A DNA stretch of 26,773 nt. It comes from a bacterium (GTDB taxonomy: Bacteria > Cyanobacteriota > Vampirovibrionia > Gastranaerophilales > Gastranaerophilaceae). The notes beneath the pieces are model-generated. The model was not told the DNA's origin. It saw only the letters and a program-made list of their open reading frames with translations, and made no database searches. The translations under genes and the position numbers were made by a program. This document shows positions 16,414 through 24,387 of this stretch, piece by piece; within the stretch, counting starts at the first letter, position 1; each line of letters opens with the position of its first letter. The DNA is taken from assembly GCA_017995595.1 (NCBI GenBank), contig JAGOIO010000001.1, forward strand, positions 1-26,773, read 5' to 3'.

Positions 16414-17460
16414 TTAACTTTCTTTCTTGTCAATATAATCATCTAAGACTTGTATATAAACTAACTTATATTCATCATTATCAGGCTCAAGTTTTATCGC
16501 AACACGGTATGAAACCAATGCATCAATAATCTTACCTTGCATATAATATGAATTACCAATAAGCATATGTAATTTTGCATCAGAATTGTTCATTCTCAAT
16601 GCCATATTATAATAGGTTTGAGATTCTTCAACTTTTCCTAAATTAGCAAGAATATTACCGATTAAGACATAAGCATTCGTTTTTTTAGGATTTAATTCAA
16701 TAGCCTTTTTCAACATTTCAATAGCTAAGTCATAGTCCTTAAATTCAGAATGTGCAATTGCCTTACATACATAAGCTTTATAGTTATCGCCCGGAATCGC
16801 AATAGCTTTATCAAAATAATTATATGCATCTTCCTTTTTCTTTATTGCAGTAAGAGTATTTCCAATACTTATAGCAATATTTTTCTCAGGTTTTAACTCA
16901 AAAACTTTATCATAATGCTTTAGTGCATTTTCATAATCATTTAATTTAAAACAAACATTTCCTAAATCCACATGAGCATTCACATTATCAGGGTCAATAG
17001 CTAAAGCCTTTTCATAGTAAGAAGCGGATTCAACGTAATCTTCAAAGTCATGAAACAACAGGGCAATAGCATTGTAAACCTCAGGATTTTCTGAATATAA
17101 ATCCAAAGCCTTATTATAATTATGCAAAGCTTTTGTAAAATTTTTCAACTCGGCATAAACATTACCTAAATTAAAATAAATAATATAATTGTCAGACTCA
17201 TACATCAATGCATTTTCATAACAATTAACGGCTCTTGCATAATCCTTATGATAGAAGCATACACTTCCTAAATTAATTAAGGCCTGAGTGTCATCATGGT
17301 GAATTGATAATAAGCTTTCATATATTGAAACAACATTGTCATACTTTCCTTGTATGGCATATAATCTTGCAAGTTCATGGTAATTTTTTGCCTCTTGTGG
17401 ATTTTTTGCCATGGCAAGCATTGTTTCGTCCATTTTTTGTTTTAATTCTTTTTCGTCCAT
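16414..17460 (-). CDS. Cytoplasmic all-TPR protein (348 aa)
   Basis: About 9 TPR units (e.g. IYFNLGNVYAELKNFTKALHNYNKALDLYSEN); no signal peptide. Confidence 0.92.
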   Translation of the reverse strand: MDEKELKQKMDETMLAMAKNPQEAKNYHELARLYAIQGKYDNVVSIYESLLSIHHDDTQALINLGSVCFYHKDYARAVNCYENALMYESDNYIIYFNLGNVYAELKNFTKALHNYNKALDLYSENPEVYNAIALLFHDFEDYVESASYYEKALAIDPDNVNAHVDLGNVCFKLNDYENALKHYDKVFELKPEKNIAISIGNTLTAIKKKEDAYNYFDKAIAIPGDNYKAYVCKAIAHSEFKDYDLAIEMLKKAIELNPKKTNAYVLIGNILANLGKVEESQTYYNMALRMNNSDAKLHMLIGNSYYMQGKIIDALVSYRVAIKLEPDNDEYKLVYIQVLDDYIDKKES

Positions 17461-17466
17461 ACGCCC

Positions 17467-17495
17467 ATTTTACACATAAATATTTATTTTATCAA
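17467..17495 (-). promoter_or_regulatory. Sigma70 promoter, probably leaderless transcript of the TPR gene
   Basis: TTGATA, 17 nt, TAAAAT, 6 nt, ATG (17460); no SD. Confidence 0.65.
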
Positions 17496-17524
17496 CGATA
17501 TCTAAAAAATTTCGACCTATAGTA

Positions 17525-18481
17525 TTAGATTTTTATCATATTTAATTTGGCAACATACAAAAAATTTAACCAAAATCTTCTTCTAAAGAAAAATAGCGGA
17601 TATCTCTTTATAAACGCAAATAAACCTCTATACCATTGAGCTTTATCCAAAGCCTCTAAATCTTTATAACTACTTAAAGCAAAAGCTGTTTTTTTATGAT
17701 ATTCAAAATATTTTTCTCTATAGGGATTAAAACACCCATGTCCAATTTTCCAAGGTTTAAAATCTCCTGTAAAATGAATGATTGTAGGATTTTCTATCGC
17801 CTGTTTATATTGAATTTTATCCTCATAAGTCGCCCATATATTTATCGGAGAATATTGCAAATTCCACTTCAAATCTACAAATTTAACTTTCCCTTCAAAA
17901 AGAATATTTAAAATAGTTTGATCACAACATAATGGTTTTCCGATATTATCTATTGCAATTTTTATACTTTTTTCAGGAATAGAATTTTCTCGCCACTTTT
18001 TACAATTTATTAACATTACACCTGCATTAAAATATTTATTATTTTTATTAAAATTTTGTTTTTTTGCATATTTTTTGCCATTTGGATCTTCAACAGCAAC
18101 AATATAGTTATCGTCTAAATCGATATTCCAAAGCTCAAATAAAGAAGAATTTACTATCAAATCGACATCTAAAAACAAAAGTTTATCAAGATTTGGCAAC
18201 ATATTTGGTAGCAATAACCGCCAAAGCACAGAAACCGAATAATATTGAGATTTTTTATACCATTTAAATAACTCTGTATCGACCTTATGATATTCTATTA
18301 TACAATTTTTCATATTATTTAGGTACTTTTTTGAATTCTCACTCAATCCACCATCTAAAATATGAAAATCTATAGTATCCTCATCTTTTTTATTAGCTAA
18401 TACAGATGTCATCATAACGATTGCAGGTTCAATATAATTGTCATCAAATGTCAATGCTATATGAATAATTTCACTCATCAA
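17525..18481 (-). CDS. Glycosyltransferase family 8
   Basis: IALTFDDNY, LFLDVDLIV (DxD), YFNAGVMLIN, DQTILN, IIHFTGDFKPW. Confidence 0.93.
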   Translation of the reverse strand: MMSEIIHIALTFDDNYIEPAIVMMTSVLANKKDEDTIDFHILDGGLSENSKKYLNNMKNCIIEYHKVDTELFKWYKKSQYYSVSVLWRLLLPNMLPNLDKLLFLDVDLIVNSSLFELWNIDLDDNYIVAVEDPNGKKYAKKQNFNKNNKYFNAGVMLINCKKWRENSIPEKSIKIAIDNIGKPLCCDQTILNILFEGKVKFVDLKWNLQYSPINIWATYEDKIQYKQAIENPTIIHFTGDFKPWKIGHGCFNPYREKYFEYHKKTAFALSSYKDLEALDKAQWYRGLFAFIKRYPLFFFRRRFWLNFLYVAKLNMIKI

Positions 18482-18490
18482 TAATGCCTT

Positions 18491-19276
18491 TTAGTAAATT
18501 AAATCTTTATCTTTATTTTTATCTTTAAACTCTTTTTCATAAAGTTTTGCCCATTGTATAAATTTATAATAACTTTGCATCATCGCAAAAATAAATCCAT
18601 GAATACCGTCAAAGATTCCACCCTTTAAGAAATATATTTTGAAAAATTCATATCCCGGACGAGTAAGTAATTTAAAAAGTGAGAATTTCTTACCTTTCAT
18701 TTCAAACTTTTTGATTTCAAAATCTGTATATCTGTCAGTTTTTTCAATGTAAGAACTGATTGAAGGAATGTGGTAGTGGACAATAGCTTTATCCATATCT
18801 TTTATGCACAAATCCTTACCTTCATGAGTAACAGGCATTTGATGAATTGCATCAGTATAAGTGCAAACACCTTTCTTCCAAAATCTTTTGCATTCTTTTT
18901 GAACCCAAGAACCTAAGATTTTACCATCTAATGAGGTTTTTCTTGGCATTGAACAAGCATAATAACCATCTTTTGGATTTTGTGCATATTCTTTTAAATA
19001 TGCCCACAATTCTGGAGTTACCAACTCATCAGCATCAAGAACTAAAATCCAATCACCTGAAGCTTGTTCCATAGCCCAATTTCTTGCAGGTTCAACGATT
19101 CCTGTTCTTTCATGATATACGATTTTACACCCGAATTTTTCAGCAATTTCTATTGTCTTATCCTCTGAATGCATATCACAAATGATAATTTCATCAGCAT
19201 CTTTTACACTTTCCAAGCATTTTTCAAGCAACCTGTCAGCATTTAACGTATTTATTACAACAGAAATTTTTGCCAC
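18491..19276 (-). CDS. Glycosyltransferase family 2 (WaaE/KdtX-like)
   Basis: ISVVINTLN, CDMHSEDKT, ARNWAMEQASGDWILVLDADE, GGIFDGIHGFIFA; GTG start with SD GAGGAG; TGTTAAAAT extended -10 at 19312-19320. Confidence 0.92.
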   Translation of the reverse strand: MAKISVVINTLNADRLLEKCLESVKDADEIIICDMHSEDKTIEIAEKFGCKIVYHERTGIVEPARNWAMEQASGDWILVLDADELVTPELWAYLKEYAQNPKDGYYACSMPRKTSLDGKILGSWVQKECKRFWKKGVCTYTDAIHQMPVTHEGKDLCIKDMDKAIVHYHIPSISSYIEKTDRYTDFEIKKFEMKGKKFSLFKLLTRPGYEFFKIYFLKGGIFDGIHGFIFAMMQSYYKFIQWAKLYEKEFKDKNKDKDLIY

Positions 19277-19330
19277 TATTCTCTCCTCACCAGTCTATTA
19301 TTATTATTTTTATTTTAACACAAAATTTTA

Positions 19331-20218
19331 TTAGTTAGAAAGTCTAACCCAATTTTTTGGATATATATCTGTTTGAATAATTGAAGAATCTTGAAACCAC
19401 TTATCAGGTGCAACTACAATTTTTTCAGGATTTTCATTTAACCATGCACCCCACCACGAAAAAGTGCTATTAGCAATTACATTATGCTTACAATTACTCA
19501 TCAAACGCATATCTTCAAATGAAGCTTTTCCAATATTATGCCCAACATATTCACAAGTATATGGCAAATCAATATTTTGAGCTGCCCATTTCAAATCATC
19601 TGAAAAAACATAAACTCTTGGGTTTGGATATTTTTGAGCAATATAATCAACAGCCTTTACATAATACTCTGGAGAACAATGTGCATACTTATTCTTATAT
19701 CTGGCTTTACTTACATAATCACCACGTCTTATATGAATCGCAATAGAATTTTGATTATTCATCTTTGCAATAAGCTCTCTGTTATCTTTTGATATAGGAG
19801 AAACAAACATAAAATCTTTTCTTATTTGTGATTCAAATTGTTTGAAGTAAATATCTGATTGAAAAAATCCTTCTATATAAGTATTAGGTTCAATTTTACT
19901 AATACTTTTATCAAACTCAAAAGTCTTTTCTTGATAAAATTTCATGCCCAAAAGAGGTGCAATATTAACAAAATTTCGCAACTTCCAAATCAAATCAAGC
20001 TTAAACTCTACAAAACTATCATCAAGAAATAACGGTTCTAAATTAAAGATTTTTAATTGATAAGGTCTTGCATAAGGTTTTGAAAAGAATGACATATCCA
20101 AGAAAACGTCCATATCGGTCGTTTCATGAATCATTCTTGCAAAAGCCCACTGAAACATCTGATTGCCTAAGCCACCATTCATTTTTAAATAGACTTTACC
20201 TTTACCTTGAGTTTTCAA
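19331..20218 (-). CDS. Alpha-1,2-fucosyltransferase (GT11)
   Basis: GGLGNQMFQ, IEGFFQS, HIRRGDY, VFSDD, NSTFSWWGAWL. Confidence 0.93.
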   Translation of the reverse strand: MKTQGKGKVYLKMNGGLGNQMFQWAFARMIHETTDMDVFLDMSFFSKPYARPYQLKIFNLEPLFLDDSFVEFKLDLIWKLRNFVNIAPLLGMKFYQEKTFEFDKSISKIEPNTYIEGFFQSDIYFKQFESQIRKDFMFVSPISKDNRELIAKMNNQNSIAIHIRRGDYVSKARYKNKYAHCSPEYYVKAVDYIAQKYPNPRVYVFSDDLKWAAQNIDLPYTCEYVGHNIGKASFEDMRLMSNCKHNVIANSTFSWWGAWLNENPEKIVVAPDKWFQDSSIIQTDIYPKNWVRLSN

Positions 20219-20222
20219 TAAA

Positions 20223-20642
20223 TTACTCTCCTTTTTGGGTTGTTTCTACATATTCGGAGTATTCCTTTGATTTTTCTTCCCATACGTCTCTTGAAACACT
20301 AAACGCATGATTCCAGAATTTTTCAATCGCATAAGTTTCTCGTTCTTCTCGATGAAGAATGTGAACAACTACATCACCATAATCTAACAAATTCCAACGA
20401 TTTTTCAAATCGTTTTCTTCACCATTTGGAATTCTGCTAAATAAATCTTTGATTTTTTCTCTTACATAAGAAGTCAAACTTCTTACCTGAGTTGACGTAT
20501 CTGCCGAACAAATTACGAAATAATCTGCCAAAACAGAAACTTTACTAATGTCTAAAATCGAAATATCTTTACCTTTTTTATCGTCTAAAATTCTAGCAAC
20601 TATACTTGCTAATTTATCAGAGCTTATATCTTCTTTTGCCAT
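20223..20642 (-). CDS. rsfS: Ribosome silencing factor (Iojap)
   Basis: DDKKGKDISILDI...LADYFVICSA, WNLLDYGDVVVHI, YAIEKFW. Confidence 0.95.
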   Translation of the reverse strand: MAKEDISSDKLASIVARILDDKKGKDISILDISKVSVLADYFVICSADTSTQVRSLTSYVREKIKDLFSRIPNGEENDLKNRWNLLDYGDVVVHILHREERETYAIEKFWNHAFSVSRDVWEEKSKEYSEYVETTQKGE

Positions 20643-20689
20643 ACTATCTGTCCTACTTTCAACTTAACTTAATTCATACTTAACAACAA

Positions 20690-21124
20690 TTATTCAAACA
20701 TTTCTACCCTGCGTTGATGTCTTCCGCCCTTAAATTTTGCATTCAACCAAACATTGATTATTTCTTTTGCAAGTTCCGGGCCTGTAACTCTCGCACCTAA
20801 GCATAATACATTTGCATCATTATGCTCTCTTGCTGAATGTGCTGAAAAAGTATCCGTACACAAAGAAGCTCTGATTCCTTTTATTTTATTAGCACAAATA
20901 TCCATACCAATACCTGTACCACATATTAAAATACCCAAATCGAAACTTTTTGAAACTACTGCATCAGAAACTTTTTTTGCAATTACCGGATAATCAACAG
21001 AATTGGTATCATAAGAACCAAAATCTTCATATTCATATCCTTTTTCCTTTAGCAACTCAAGAACCTCTGTTTTTAGTCCAAAACCAGCATGGTCATTACC
21101 AATAGCTATTTTTTCTTTTGTCAT
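20690..21124 (-). CDS. rpiB: Ribose-5-phosphate isomerase B
   Basis: GNDHAG, SVDYP, CGTGIG, ANKIKGIRA, AREHNDANVLCLGAR, GGRHQRRV. Confidence 0.97.
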   Translation of the reverse strand: MTKEKIAIGNDHAGFGLKTEVLELLKEKGYEYEDFGSYDTNSVDYPVIAKKVSDAVVSKSFDLGILICGTGIGMDICANKIKGIRASLCTDTFSAHSAREHNDANVLCLGARVTGPELAKEIINVWLNAKFKGGRHQRRVEMFE

Positions 21125-21189
21125 TAGAATACCTCGTTTTTATTAACCCTTTACCTTACATTATACAGAATTAAGATTAAAACACAAGC

Positions 21190-21229
21190 AAACAAAACAA
21201 AAAGGTCGAAAAGATAGACTCATCGACCT
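21190..21229 (-). terminator. Intrinsic terminator after the 605-aa gene
   Basis: Minus strand AGGTCGA-TGAGTCTATCTTT-TCGACCT followed by TTTTGTTTTGTTT. Confidence 0.7.
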
Positions 21230-21270
21230 ATAGAGATTATTTAAGTTATATTTATAGATATTTTATGATT

Positions 21271-23088
21271 TTAAACTATTCTTGGATTTTGTTGCATTTG
21301 ATATCCCATCATTTGAGGAAAACCACCCATTTGAAATGGAGATTGATACATTGATTGGTAAGGATTATACCCCATCATTTGAGGATATCCAAACATTTGA
21401 CCTTGAACTTGAGAAATATCTTGATATGGGCTTGATATATTATAACTGTCAATCATACTTGGATTAATTCCGCTGAAACAATTTTGAGTTATATCAGAGC
21501 AACCTATTGTTGATGTTGGAGGAAGTGTCAAACCACCCATTGTACCCATTTGAGCCATATTATAATTGAACGGCATTTGAGGATATTGAGAATACTGAGG
21601 GTATTGTTGATATTGTTGTTGAGCTTGAGGATATTGTTGATATTGAGCCTGTTCCTGAGGTTGTTGAGCATATTGAGCTGTTTGTTGCTCTGCTTGAACT
21701 TGTTGTTGTGGTTGTTGAGCTTGAACTTGAGCCTGTTCTACTTGTTGTTGATAAATTGGAGCAATTCTGCTTAAACTTTCTGCTGCAACTTTTCCATCTG
21801 GACTATCAACACCTTCGGCTTGCAATCTTTGTAATGATTTTCCGACAGATTCTGTCATTACCTCTGGAGTTTGGACTGCTTGTTGAGCAACTTGTTTTGC
21901 CTTTTCTTCGTTTGCCTTATCTAATTCATTCTTTCCACAAATCTTATCTGCTGCTTTTGATGCAAAATATGAACCTACAAAACCTCCGATTAAACCGCAA
22001 ACTGTTCCAACTCCGGCTCCGATTGCTGTACCTACACCCGGAACAACAGAGCCAATCGCAGCTCCTATTGCAGCTCCGCCTTCTGCACCTGCGGCTTCAC
22101 CTACTGCCCAACCGCCAACTGATGCAACTGTTTTTATTGCAGATTTACCTAATTGTTTTAAACCTTTTCCTACACCTAATTGTGCAAATGTAGGAATAAC
22201 CTGTGTTACAAGTTCAACGCCACCTGCTATCATTGCAAATACGCCTGTGCCTTTTCCGCATTTTAGAAGGTTTCCAACTTTTGGGTGCTTAATCGCAACT
22301 CGTTCTAACGCAGTCATAAGTTTTGTTCCACCTGTAACTTTGCCTAAGAAATGTCCAATTTTGCCAAAAAATCCTGTTGGTTTTGTATCATGTGCTAATA
22401 CTTTTCCCGTAAAGAATTTTCTATTTGCTGATTTTAATAGTTCCTGAGATTTTGCAGGATTTGCCTTTGATTTTTCTGCTAATCTTTTTGCTCGCATAAA
22501 ACTTTGATATGCCTTTGGATTTTCCTTTGCTAATTGTGCAAGCTTTGTTTCATTCGGAATTCCTGATATAATTCTGTTTGCATTTGTTTCTGAATGAACA
22601 AGTTTCATTTTATTTGAAAAACCTTTTGTATTTTTAAATCTGTCAAATGATTCAAGCTCTGCTTTCTTTCTGTCAGCTACTGCTTTTTCAAACTTTGAAA
22701 GTTTTGCTTGTTTTTCTGATAATGTCTTAGCATCAAGTTTTCCTGAATTAATTTGATGACTTAAAACTTTTCTATGTCCATAATTCCATGCTTTTGGAAC
22801 ATATTGCATACCCAATGAAATTCCAGCCATCAAACCTAATCCGTCAAACATTCCCTCTTTTTGTTCAACAAGAGTTTGATTTTCGCCATATTTATAAACA
22901 TTTTCCATATCTTTTTCTAATTGAGTATCATAAGTCGGTGCATAAGCTCTTGCCGGAATATTCTGAGCCATTTGCTGACCTCCGCCATATATACTTTGTT
23001 GTTCTTGAGAATATTGTTGTGGCACATTTGATTGTGCATAACTTTGATTCTGTGGTGAATATGGATTAAAACCTAAACCGTATGTCAT
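21271..23088 (-). CDS. Hypothetical 605-aa protein with glycine-zipper hydrophobic hairpin and Q/Y/M/P-rich low-complexity termini
   Basis: GWAVGEAAGAEGGAAIGAAIGSVVPGVGTAIGAGVGTVCGLIGGFVGSYF; C-terminal QQYPQ and PQMMGY repeats; SD GAGG; no signal peptide. Confidence 0.85.
   Translation of the reverse strand: MTYGLGFNPYSPQNQSYAQSNVPQQYSQEQQSIYGGGQQMAQNIPARAYAPTYDTQLEKDMENVYKYGENQTLVEQKEGMFDGLGLMAGISLGMQYVPKAWNYGHRKVLSHQINSGKLDAKTLSEKQAKLSKFEKAVADRKKAELESFDRFKNTKGFSNKMKLVHSETNANRIISGIPNETKLAQLAKENPKAYQSFMRAKRLAEKSKANPAKSQELLKSANRKFFTGKVLAHDTKPTGFFGKIGHFLGKVTGGTKLMTALERVAIKHPKVGNLLKCGKGTGVFAMIAGGVELVTQVIPTFAQLGVGKGLKQLGKSAIKTVASVGGWAVGEAAGAEGGAAIGAAIGSVVPGVGTAIGAGVGTVCGLIGGFVGSYFASKAADKICGKNELDKANEEKAKQVAQQAVQTPEVMTESVGKSLQRLQAEGVDSPDGKVAAESLSRIAPIYQQQVEQAQVQAQQPQQQVQAEQQTAQYAQQPQEQAQYQQYPQAQQQYQQYPQYSQYPQMPFNYNMAQMGTMGGLTLPPTSTIGCSDITQNCFSGINPSMIDSYNISSPYQDISQVQGQMFGYPQMMGYNPYQSMYQSPFQMGGFPQMMGYQMQQNPRIV
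21305..21385 (-). repeat. 15-bp direct repeat with 66-nt period (PQMMG units)
   Basis: cccatcatttgagga at 21305 and 21371. Confidence 0.8.
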
Positions 23089-23182
23089 ATCTCTTTTTCC
23101 TCTTAGTTTATCCCCTTGGATATTTCTATCCCATATTTATATAAAGTCATGTTTTAGCTAATTATTTACTTTATTTCGAGGG

Positions 23183-23200
23183 ATTGTTAACTTTTGTAAC
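23183..23200 (-). promoter_or_regulatory. HLR1-like tandem repeat
   Basis: GTTACAAA-AG-TTAACAAT, starting 112 nt upstream of ATG 23088. Confidence 0.5.
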
Positions 23201-23227
23201 ATGCATACGATAAATTGTATATATAAA

Positions 23228-23263
23228 GAAAAGCAACACCTATAAAATATAGGTGTTACTTTT
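23228..23263 (-). terminator. Intrinsic terminator after the HEAT-like gene
   Basis: Minus strand AAAAGTAACACCTATA-TTT-TATAGGTGTTGCTTTT followed by CTTT. Confidence 0.8.
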
Positions 23264-23304
23264 CATGAAAGGAAATTTTTCCAAAATACTTATCTGTATC
23301 TAAA

Positions 23305-24210
23305 TTATGCTTTCTTTTCGTCTGTTGCAGAAACTGCATCAGGAAGTTTAGCTAACTTATCCAAAGCTGCATTAACAGCTTGTTGAACAGAAGCATCTTT
23401 GTCCTTTTGAGCAAGAGTAAAGATTGTATTCAAATCTTTTTTGTACTCAGGACGTTGAACATAGCTTAATGAATCAATAGAGGCAGCTCTTACTGCAGGA
23501 TTTGGATTACTCTTTAATTGTTCGACGATAACTGCCGCACCGGGAAGTTCTGTTAACGGAACAACTGTATTGTTCATTTTTTCTACATTATCACCATATA
23601 CTTTTTGTAACATAGCAGTTGTGTAGATAGCATAAGTTTTATTTTGTTCAGCCTTTGCCTTATTTTGAGCATCAGCTTTAGTAGTATCAGCCTGAATAAT
23701 ATTTGTTAAGTTTGTCATAACATCAGGATCTAATAAATCCTTAGCTTGTTCAGGACTGTTTTGTACGGTATTAGCCATGTGTTCAAGAGCTTTTTCTTGA
23801 GCATCAAGGTCTGTACCTTTTAAATCTTTATTAAGTGAAGTTAAATCTAAGCTACTTGTTGAGGGGGGACATTCAGGTGCTTTAACCTCGACTTCTTGTG
23901 GAGCTGCAGCTGCTTGTGGAGCTGGAGTTGCAGGAGCTTTATCTGTTGTTGGAGCCGGAGCTGTCGGAACAATTACAGGAGCCGGAACTGCGGGAGCTTG
24001 TGCCTTTGTTGCAGTTGGTGTGTAAATTGACTGAGACGGTACTTCATAAACAGATTGTTTTGGAACTGAATAAATTGGTGCTGAGCAACATGCTTGAGCA
24101 GGAGCTTCGGGTTGTTGAGCTTGAGGAGCATTCACTGTCGGGTTGTTAACATCAATTTTCACGGCATTGTATGTACTTGCCAATTGAGGTTGTACTGTTG
24201 GAGTTTGCAT
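23305..24210 (-). CDS. Hypothetical protein: Pro/Ala/Gln-rich disordered N-half and HEAT/ARM-like helical C-half
   Basis: Start revised to ATG 24210 (SD AAGGA); APAVPAPVIVPTAPAPT...; LKSNPNPAVRAASIDSL and KDKDASVQQAVNAALDKL resemble HEAT units. Confidence 0.75.
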   Translation of the reverse strand: MQTPTVQPQLASTYNAVKIDVNNPTVNAPQAQQPEAPAQACCSAPIYSVPKQSVYEVPSQSIYTPTATKAQAPAVPAPVIVPTAPAPTTDKAPATPAPQAAAAPQEVEVKAPECPPSTSSLDLTSLNKDLKGTDLDAQEKALEHMANTVQNSPEQAKDLLDPDVMTNLTNIIQADTTKADAQNKAKAEQNKTYAIYTTAMLQKVYGDNVEKMNNTVVPLTELPGAAVIVEQLKSNPNPAVRAASIDSLSYVQRPEYKKDLNTIFTLAQKDKDASVQQAVNAALDKLAKLPDAVSATDEKKA

Positions 24211-24304
24211 AATTTTGTGTTTCCTTTCATTAGATTGCAACTATATTTTTCTTTATATCCCATTTAATAACCCTCAAGAAATTTTATTGCTAGTTTTTTC
24301 ATTT

Positions 24305-24322
24305 TTTTTAATAAATTGTAAC
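24305..24322 (-). promoter_or_regulatory. HLR1-like tandem repeat (weaker second half)
   Basis: GTTACAAT-TT-ATTAAAAA, starting 112 nt upstream of ATG 24210. Confidence 0.4.
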
Positions 24323-24331
24323 AATAAATCA

Positions 24332-24367
24332 TGAAAACTGTCATTTTCACTATGTATAGACTATAAT
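24332..24367 (+). promoter_or_regulatory. Putative MATE promoter with palindromic operator
   Basis: TGAAAA-CTGTCA-TTTTCA (24332-24349) and TATAAT at 24362-24367. Confidence 0.45.
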
Positions 24368-24387
24368 CTCTACTTGTAGGATAGCCG

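Noticed and set aside
17512-21233. Identical 11-mer TCGACCTATAG at 17512 and 21223, and recurring CCTATA/TATAGG in terminator stems (10207, 23239)
   Set aside because: Too short to separate from chance in AT-rich DNA; the flanks do not align, so no REP-like family is supported.
12673-24240. ORF-track starts at 12690, 15395 and 24240
   Set aside because: Downstream ATGs (12672, 15422, 24210) have properly spaced SD sequences and give sensible N-termini.
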